This document shows positions 27,004-32,000 of a stretch of DNA of 32,000 bases, one piece after another. The position numbers were made by a program, and so were the translations under genes. The DNA comes from Dethiothermospora halolimnae (GTDB lineage: Bacteria; Bacillota; Clostridia; Tissierellales; VENL01), in the NCBI RefSeq assembly GCF_037577855.1, contig NZ_JBAKFX010000018.1:32211-64210 (forward strand). Reading direction: 5' to 3'. Numbering within the stretch: the stretch's first letter is position 1; each line of letters begins with the position of its first letter. The notes beneath the pieces are model-generated. The model searched no databases and was not told the origin of the DNA. It saw nothing but the letters and a program-made list of their open reading frames with translations.

Positions 27004-28045
27004 AACGCCAAAACTTAAATTATTAAAAAAAGATCCCATGGCCGATAAGAATGATACATTTAACATTGAAACTATGTTAAATGATAACTGGGATATAATA
27101 GATACGGAAGTAGCAGGAAGATATACTAAAAACGAGACCAATAAAAAAATTGAAGAAACAGCAGACTCAATATATGAAGAAGTTAATAGGGTGGAACAAG
27201 GGATAAAGGCATATGCAGATAGTAATAGACCAACAAAGGTATCGGAACTTGAAAATGATGCCCATTATGAAACCATTGAGAGAACCAATGAAAAGATAAA
27301 TCAAGCAGAAAGCAATGCAAGGGAATACACAAGACAATATGCAAACTCAATAAAACCAACAAAGGTATCGGAACTTGAAAATGATAAGGGTTATGAAACA
27401 GTAGAAGGGGCACAAAATAAAGTAAGCACAGCAGAACAAAGAGCAAAGGCATATGCAGATAGTAAGAGGCCCACAAAGGTATCACAACTAACAAATGATA
27501 CCAATTATGAAACAGTAACAGGAGCCCAACAGGGGATTAATGCCGCTGAGCAAAGGGCAAAGGACTATGCCGATAATAAAAGGCCTATAAAGGTATCGGA
27601 ATTAACCAATGATGCAGATTATGAAACGGAATCAGGAGCCCATCAAAAAGCTAAAGCAGCAGAGGAAAGGGCCAAAAATTATACAAATGTCAAAGTAGCC
27701 CATCTATTAAATTCTGCTCCAGGGACTTTAGATACCCTTAACGAATTGGCAAAGGCCCTTGGTAATGATCCTAACTTTGCAACTACGATACTAAACAAAT
27801 TATCTAAAAAATCCGATGAAGGGCATAAACATACAAAGAGTGGTATCAGTAATTTTTTAGGTAGCAATAAAGAAAAGAAAATAGCCCATGGTTTAGGGAA
27901 AACTCCATCGGGGGTTTATGTAACACCTATTGAAAAGACCAATGGTTATTTAGGGGAAGTTTGGGTTAGATATGATGCCAACTATATTTATGTAGGAAAT
28001 ACTGGAGAATATAAAGGGAAATTTAATTGGGTTACATTAAGATAA
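26993..28045 (+). CDS. Tail fibre protein with internal repeats
   Basis: ATG 26993 lies 6 nt after GGAGGTG; the track start 26984 is less likely. There are four repeats of about 38-42 aa of the form YA[DN]S.[RK]P[TI]KVS[EQ]L[ET]ND..YET...A.......AE.RAK. The segment APGTLDTLNELAKALGNDPNFATTI is common in phage fibres. A short C-terminal domain follows. Confidence 0.75.
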   Translation: MASRTPKLKLLKKDPMADKNDTFNIETMLNDNWDIIDTEVAGRYTKNETNKKIEETADSIYEEVNRVEQGIKAYADSNRPTKVSELENDAHYETIERTNEKINQAESNAREYTRQYANSIKPTKVSELENDKGYETVEGAQNKVSTAEQRAKAYADSKRPTKVSQLTNDTNYETVTGAQQGINAAEQRAKDYADNKRPIKVSELTNDADYETESGAHQKAKAAEERAKNYTNVKVAHLLNSAPGTLDTLNELAKALGNDPNFATTILNKLSKKSDEGHKHTKSGISNFLGSNKEKKIAHGLGKTPSGVYVTPIEKTNGYLGEVWVRYDANYIYVGNTGEYKGKFNWVTLR

Positions 28046-28066
28046 TATTTTTTAGGAGGGGTAAAA

Positions 28067-29458
28067 ATGAAAAATACTAGATATCCAGATAGTGCTAGTT
28101 TTTTAGTTACAGAAAACTGTAACTTAGCATGTAAATATTGTTTTGAGAAACATAATAAAAAAGTGATGAGTAAAGAGGTGATCCATAGAGGGCTGGAGCT
28201 TTTATGTGATGGAGCAAAGAGACAAGGGAGAGACTCCTTTCATGCTATGATTTTTGGAGGAGAGCCATTATTACATCCCCATTTAGTAGAGGAAATACTT
28301 AAGTATGGGTTGGAACTCCAAAGAAGGAATAATATAAACTTTACAGCTAGTCTTATAACAAATGCAACAATAATGAATGATGAGATATTTAGAATATTAC
28401 TTGAATATAGGGACAAGGTTGATTTAAGTACCCAACTATCAGTGGACGGTATAAAAAAGGTTCATGATATGTATAGGGTAACTAAAGATGGAAAAGGAAG
28501 TTTTCAGTTAATTGAAGATAATATAGAAAAATTCAAACAAATATATAAGAACAGATCTGGAATGTTAACGGTACACGGGGTAGTGAATAAAAAGGCACTG
28601 CCCTATTTATTTGAAAGTTATAGATACTTTAAAGAGGAATGGGGATTTAATGAAATATGGTTTATGCCCCTCCATGAAGATGATTGGACCATTGAAGATA
28701 TTGATATATACAGAAAAGAGTTAAATAAGATAGCAGATTATATAATAGAAGATGCTAAAAAGGGTAAGATGAAAACATTTAAAGGATACTCTCCAATAAA
28801 TAGATGTTTTGAAAAACAAAGACCTTCAGCTCCCTGTGGAGCAGGAAAGGGATTTATAAGTATTACAGCCGATGGCAGTATATATCCTTGTCATCATTTT
28901 TATTTTAATCATAAAGAACTTAAAATAGGGAATGTATGGAAAGGCATCGATGATAGTAAAAGAAGAATATATCTAGACTATGAGTCCAGTGATATGACAT
29001 GTCCTAATAATTGTGATCATGTAAATTGCTATAGATGTATTGCTGTTAACTACGATGTTAATGGTAGTATATTAAGCCAAGTTAGAGGAAATTATTGTAA
29101 ACTATCTCGGGTAGATAGAGAAGTACAATTAAGGGTAAAAAGAGAAATTGAAAAAATAGAAAAGAAGAATCCCAAAGAAAATAGGAAAGATCAGGGGACC
29201 TTTATTGAAAGCTGGACAGAGGATGGAATGTACTATGAAAGATATAGAAATTCCGATGGAAGCGAAAGTGTATATGATAGACAGTTAAGAAATCGAGATA
29301 AGGAAGTAAATAAAAACAGTGACGACAAAGAATGTGATCATAATAAAGGAGAATGTCAGTGTGGAAGCAAAGAAGAGGATATGGAAACATTGGCTATGGC
29401 TTTAAAAATGATAATTGAAAAGCTTAATACCTTGGAGAAAAATATACCAAAAAAGTAG
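28067..29458 (+). CDS. Radical SAM enzyme with SPASM-type auxiliary-cluster domain (anSME-like maturase)
   Basis: CxxxCxxC at C18/C22/C25 (TENCNLACKYCF) and FGGEPLL. SPASM-like Cys pattern: C257...G270-x4-C275, C312-x3-C316-x4-C321-x2-C324, C344. A charged C-terminal extension of about 110 aa follows. The gene starts 21 nt after the fibre gene, with RBS aggagggg. Confidence 0.8.
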   Translation: MKNTRYPDSASFLVTENCNLACKYCFEKHNKKVMSKEVIHRGLELLCDGAKRQGRDSFHAMIFGGEPLLHPHLVEEILKYGLELQRRNNINFTASLITNATIMNDEIFRILLEYRDKVDLSTQLSVDGIKKVHDMYRVTKDGKGSFQLIEDNIEKFKQIYKNRSGMLTVHGVVNKKALPYLFESYRYFKEEWGFNEIWFMPLHEDDWTIEDIDIYRKELNKIADYIIEDAKKGKMKTFKGYSPINRCFEKQRPSAPCGAGKGFISITADGSIYPCHHFYFNHKELKIGNVWKGIDDSKRRIYLDYESSDMTCPNNCDHVNCYRCIAVNYDVNGSILSQVRGNYCKLSRVDREVQLRVKREIEKIEKKNPKENRKDQGTFIESWTEDGMYYERYRNSDGSESVYDRQLRNRDKEVNKNSDDKECDHNKGECQCGSKEEDMETLAMALKMIIEKLNTLEKNIPKK

Positions 29459-29469
29459 GGTGATGCTAT

Positions 29470-30144
29470 ATGAGTTTAAGTTTAAAATGGTTGATGAACT
29501 ATGGAAAGTCCAAGGGAGGATATGATATAACCCCTAACAATAGGCATTTAGAAGATTTAAAAATATTATTAAAGGACATGCAAAAGGTTAGAAAAGTAGG
29601 ACAGTATAATGGGGAATTATCCCTAGGTGATTTATATGATGAATTCGAAAAGCTTCCCTCTTGTAGTTGTGATAGTAAACATAGTTATATCTGTAGCTGC
29701 GAAAGTAGATGCGCCTGTGATAATAACATAGGAGATTGTAATTGTGAAAGTAGATGTACTACCCATAAAGTACCGGGATGTGATTGTGATAATAGATGTG
29801 CCTGTGACTCAAATGTGGGTAATTGTAGTTGTGAGGGTAGATGTGCCTGTGATAATAATGTAGGAAATTGTAATTGTGAAAGTAGATGTACCACCCATAA
29901 AAAGACAGGATGTAGTTGTGATAATAGATGTGCCTGTAATAGAAATATAGGAAGTTGTGACTGTGAAAATAGATGCAACTGTGTAAGTGAATGTTCATGT
30001 AATAGTAGATGCTCTTGTGTTCTTGACCAGCCCATATGTGACCCCCATGCAGTATGTGATAGATATTTACCTCCTGTATGTGAGCATCATCTAAAACCTA
30101 TATGTGAAGTTGATGAGAGGCGATATTATGCTGATAAGCATTAA
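29470..30144 (+). CDS. Cys-rich repeat protein A (224 aa, about 36 Cys)
   Basis: A Cys-free 64-aa N-terminal region precedes eight tandem 12-15-aa units such as CDCDNRCACDSNVGN and CNCESRCTTHKVPG, followed by the C-terminal PICDPHAVCDRYLPPVCEHHLKPICEV. The gene starts 11 nt after the rSAM stop. I recognise no homologue. Confidence 0.7.
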   Translation: MSLSLKWLMNYGKSKGGYDITPNNRHLEDLKILLKDMQKVRKVGQYNGELSLGDLYDEFEKLPSCSCDSKHSYICSCESRCACDNNIGDCNCESRCTTHKVPGCDCDNRCACDSNVGNCSCEGRCACDNNVGNCNCESRCTTHKKTGCSCDNRCACNRNIGSCDCENRCNCVSECSCNSRCSCVLDQPICDPHAVCDRYLPPVCEHHLKPICEVDERRYYADKH

Positions 30145-30204
30145 ATATAAATCCATGGGGAATAAAGGATATTATTATAAAAATCAGGAGAGGAGGCATA
30201 TTAT

Positions 30205-30708
30205 ATGGCTATAATAAAGAGTCTTCAAATAGATAGGGGACCCGCTGAACCACCAATAGAAATTTGTAGTTCAGAACGTTGTGATAGGGTTATGATAGAT
30301 CCCATATGTGATAGCCATGCACCAGAACCTATTTGTGAACTTCATCTATGTGATAGAGTAAACATTTGTCCATCGAATTGTAATTGTGAGTCAAACAATC
30401 CAAGATGTAAGTGTGATAATAGATGTAGTTGTAATGCTGATAATAGATGCGATTGTGAAAGTAGATGTAGTTGCCATGTTCAGAGAACATGTAGCTGTGA
30501 TAATAGATGTATATGTAATGGTCAAAAAGGATGTACCTGTGACAATAGGTGCTCTTGTGATTCCAAAAGAGGATGTAGCTGTGATAGTAGATGTAATTGT
30601 AATGTAGATAGAACGTGTGAGTGTGACAATAGATGTGCATGTAATGGCCAAAAAGGATGCACCTGTGATAATAGATGTAGCTGTAATGCTAAGAGATACT
30701 TTGATTAA
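30205..30708 (+). CDS. Cys-rich repeat protein B (167 aa, about 36 Cys)
   Basis: Strong RBS ggagaggagg. The N-terminal module EICSSERCDRVMIDPICDSHAPEPICELHLCDRVNIC is followed by seven regular 14-aa units (CSCDNRCICNGQKG, CTCDNRCSCDSKRG, ...). Confidence 0.7.
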   Translation: MAIIKSLQIDRGPAEPPIEICSSERCDRVMIDPICDSHAPEPICELHLCDRVNICPSNCNCESNNPRCKCDNRCSCNADNRCDCESRCSCHVQRTCSCDNRCICNGQKGCTCDNRCSCDSKRGCSCDSRCNCNVDRTCECDNRCACNGQKGCTCDNRCSCNAKRYFD

Positions 30709-30719
30709 GGAGGGGTAGT

Positions 30720-31598
30720 ATGGAAAGGTACGTTATACATGTGACGAAAAAATGTAATATGGACTGTTTTTACTGTTATGAGGAGGATAAAAGCAGTGGA
30801 GATAGAAGTTGGGAAGATACTAAAAATTTGATAGATGATATATTGAAATATAATAATGAGTTTGAGGTGGAATTTTTAGGTGGAGAACCTATGATGAACT
30901 TTCCTCTTATAAAAAGATGCATTAATTATTTAAAAGACAAAGGGAATGTAAAGAAATATATAATAACTACCAATGGAACTATCATTAATGAAGAGATAGT
31001 AAAGTTTCTAATGGAAAATTCCAATGTATGCTTAGGTGTAAGTCTCGATGGTAATAGGTTTATGAACAGTATGAGGGTATTTAAAGATGTAGATGGTAAC
31101 AAAATAAATTCTTATGAAAAAGTGATAGAGAATTTAGAAAATCTAAAACAAAATAATCTCATTGATAGAGTGTTTATTCATATGGTGATACATCCATACA
31201 ATGTGGGCTACTTAAGTGATGCAGTTGATCACTTCTATAACAAGGGTTATAAAAATATAGACATAGGAATAGTTGAAAAAACTTTAGATATAACTGAAGA
31301 GTTTGAAAGGGCATTTATCAGAGAACATGATATCCTATCTAATAGAATAAGAGTTGGTATGTACCCCGAGTTAATAGTAACCACATTAGATTATAAGCCA
31401 GACATTAGTAGCGAAAGAACATATATAAAGAATAAAGATGGAATTACAGTGGCAGAAAGCTATGGAAGGGTTAAAGACTTTACAGATAATGATAACAATG
31501 AATATGAAATACTAAAGAATGATAGTAAAATCAATAGAATAAAACAACTGAAATTAGCTGTATATAATAATCATAAAAATGTTATCCAAAGTAGGTAG
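30720..31598 (+). CDS. Radical SAM enzyme, core domain only (no SPASM/auxiliary Cys)
   Basis: CxxxCxxC at C12/C16/C19 (TKKCNMDCFYCYEE) and LGGEPMM. Only two further Cys in 292 aa. The gene starts 11 nt after Cys-rich protein B, with RBS ggagggg. Confidence 0.75.
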   Translation: MERYVIHVTKKCNMDCFYCYEEDKSSGDRSWEDTKNLIDDILKYNNEFEVEFLGGEPMMNFPLIKRCINYLKDKGNVKKYIITTNGTIINEEIVKFLMENSNVCLGVSLDGNRFMNSMRVFKDVDGNKINSYEKVIENLENLKQNNLIDRVFIHMVIHPYNVGYLSDAVDHFYNKGYKNIDIGIVEKTLDITEEFERAFIREHDILSNRIRVGMYPELIVTTLDYKPDISSERTYIKNKDGITVAESYGRVKDFTDNDNNEYEILKNDSKINRIKQLKLAVYNNHKNVIQSR

Positions 31599-31644
31599 AA
31601 ATCTAGAGAAGTTTAGTTTTCTTTTTTATTATTAAAATATGCAG

Positions 31645-31670
31645 GGCCTGGGCATGCCTAGGCCTTTTTT
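31645..31670 (+). terminator. Strong Rho-independent terminator after the rSAM cassette
   Basis: GC-rich stem ggcctggg / cctaggcc, loop catg, followed by tttttt. Confidence 0.8.
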
Positions 31671-31697
31671 AAATCTGTAAAATATCGGAGGTGACCT

Positions 31698-31931
31698 ATG
31701 AATAATGAAGTTGTCAAATTAAAAATAACGGAACATGACAAAAAAATATCAGAACTGGATAGAAGAGTGGATAATAATGAAAGGGAAAATGCTGAGTTTA
31801 AAGTACAAATAGAAAATTTATGCAAAACTATCCAACAACTTACTGTCACTATGAAATGGTTTATAGGATTATTTTTAGGAGGATTTATATCCTTCTTTTT
31901 TTATGCAGTTCAAAAGGGGCTTATAGGATAG
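31698..31931 (+). CDS. xhlA: XhlA-like lysis-associated membrane protein
   Basis: 77 aa with an N-terminal coiled coil (HDKKISELDRRVDNNERENAEFKVQIENL) and a single C-terminal TM helix (WFIGLFLGGFISFFFYAV). The architecture matches PBSX XhlA. Confidence 0.65.
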   Translation: MNNEVVKLKITEHDKKISELDRRVDNNERENAEFKVQIENLCKTIQQLTVTMKWFIGLFLGGFISFFFYAVQKGLIG

Positions 31932-31941
31932 GAGGAGGGTC

Positions 31942-32000
31942 ATGTTATTTCCAGTTAGAAAAGAAGATTTATGTAAATGTAGATATACTTCTCCCTATGG
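31942..32000 (+). CDS. Start of next gene (truncated by window end); possibly a lysis-cassette component
   Basis: ATG lies 5 nt after GGAGGAGGG. The product starts MLFPVRKEDLCKCRYTSPYG... and is too short to assign. Confidence 0.35.
   Translation, partial: MLFPVRKEDLCKCRYTSPY

Noticed and set aside
29685-30651. Five extra ORFs across the Cys-repeat genes on the minus strand and in an alternative + frame (29685..30035 -, 29759..29998 -, 30329..30640 -, 30391..30651 -, 30386..30607 +).
   Set aside because: They are open only because the tgt/gat/aat/aga-rich repeats lack stop codons in other frames. Their products are low-complexity (His/Tyr/Ile or Leu/Ser/Gln runs). They have no RBS and fully overlap well-supported + strand genes that have strong RBSs and operon context.
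29470-30708. Cys-rich proteins as plain metallothioneins or chance low-complexity ORFs.
   Set aside because: Strong RBSs, tight operon packing and bracketing by two radical SAM genes argue for specific, probably enzyme-modified proteins. So does the strict period with invariant Arg and acidic positions. Metal binding remains possible and is listed as a test rather than a conclusion.
64-31849. All other minus-strand ORFs in the track (e.g. 64..390, 982..1182, 3039..3395, 4489..4857, 8468..8668, 9130..9345, 13848..14156, 14550..14954, 18033..18215, 19777..20016, 20769..21218, 21633..21953, 25193..25726, 25729..25926, 26959..27141, 27183..27494, 27679..27867, 29202..29390, 31658..31849).
   Set aside because: Each lies antisense inside a recognisable + strand gene, or spans its end. 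Their products are Ser/Leu/Phe/Ile-rich, typical of antisense frames in AT-rich DNA. None has a convincing RBS.
16154-32000. Interpretation as an intact temperate prophage.
   Set aside because: No integrase, repressor, replication, terminase, portal or capsid genes are present in the window. The regulator is followed almost directly by sheath and tube genes. Head genes beyond the right edge of the window cannot be excluded.

Overview
Low-GC, Clostridia-like chromosomal segment. Every credible gene is on the + strand, and all minus-strand ORFs in the track look like shadows of + strand genes. Left half, 1-15.6 kb, is housekeeping: the 3' part of an InhA-like M6 protease, glmM, a composite palindromic repeat element, the glmS ribozyme plus glmS, an ABC1/UbiB-type kinase, a CrtI-like flavoprotein oxidoreductase, a TM-PAS-GGDEF-EAL c-di-GMP protein, and an NCS2 xanthine/uric-acid-type permease. 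It ends with feoA-feoB plus a tiny Cys-rich ORF, behind a promoter overlapped by a 45-bp perfect palindrome. Right half, 16.15-32 kb, is a PBSX/diffocin-like contractile phage-tail module with no head or packaging genes in the window. Its order is a sigma-A-type promoter with a canonical LexA (Cheo) box, an ArpU/Xpf-like late activator, sheath, tube, a chaperone with a canonical A_AAA_AAC -1 frameshift site, a tape measure built from nine 48-aa repeats, a LysM protein, baseplate proteins (XkdQ/R/S/T/U order) and a repeat-containing fibre. After a terminator come an XhlA-like lysis protein and the start of another gene. The main find sits between the fibre and the lysis genes: a tightly packed 3.5-kb cassette (28067-31598). 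It encodes an anSME-like radical SAM/SPASM enzyme, two extremely Cys-rich repeat proteins (C-x-C-[DE]-x-R-C-x-C units, about 36 Cys each by hand count) and a second radical SAM enzyme with no auxiliary-cluster domain. I propose a protein-scale radical-SAM maturation system for a Cys-repeat protein pair tied to a tailocin-like particle or released by its lysis module. This is inference from sequence only; no database search was possible.
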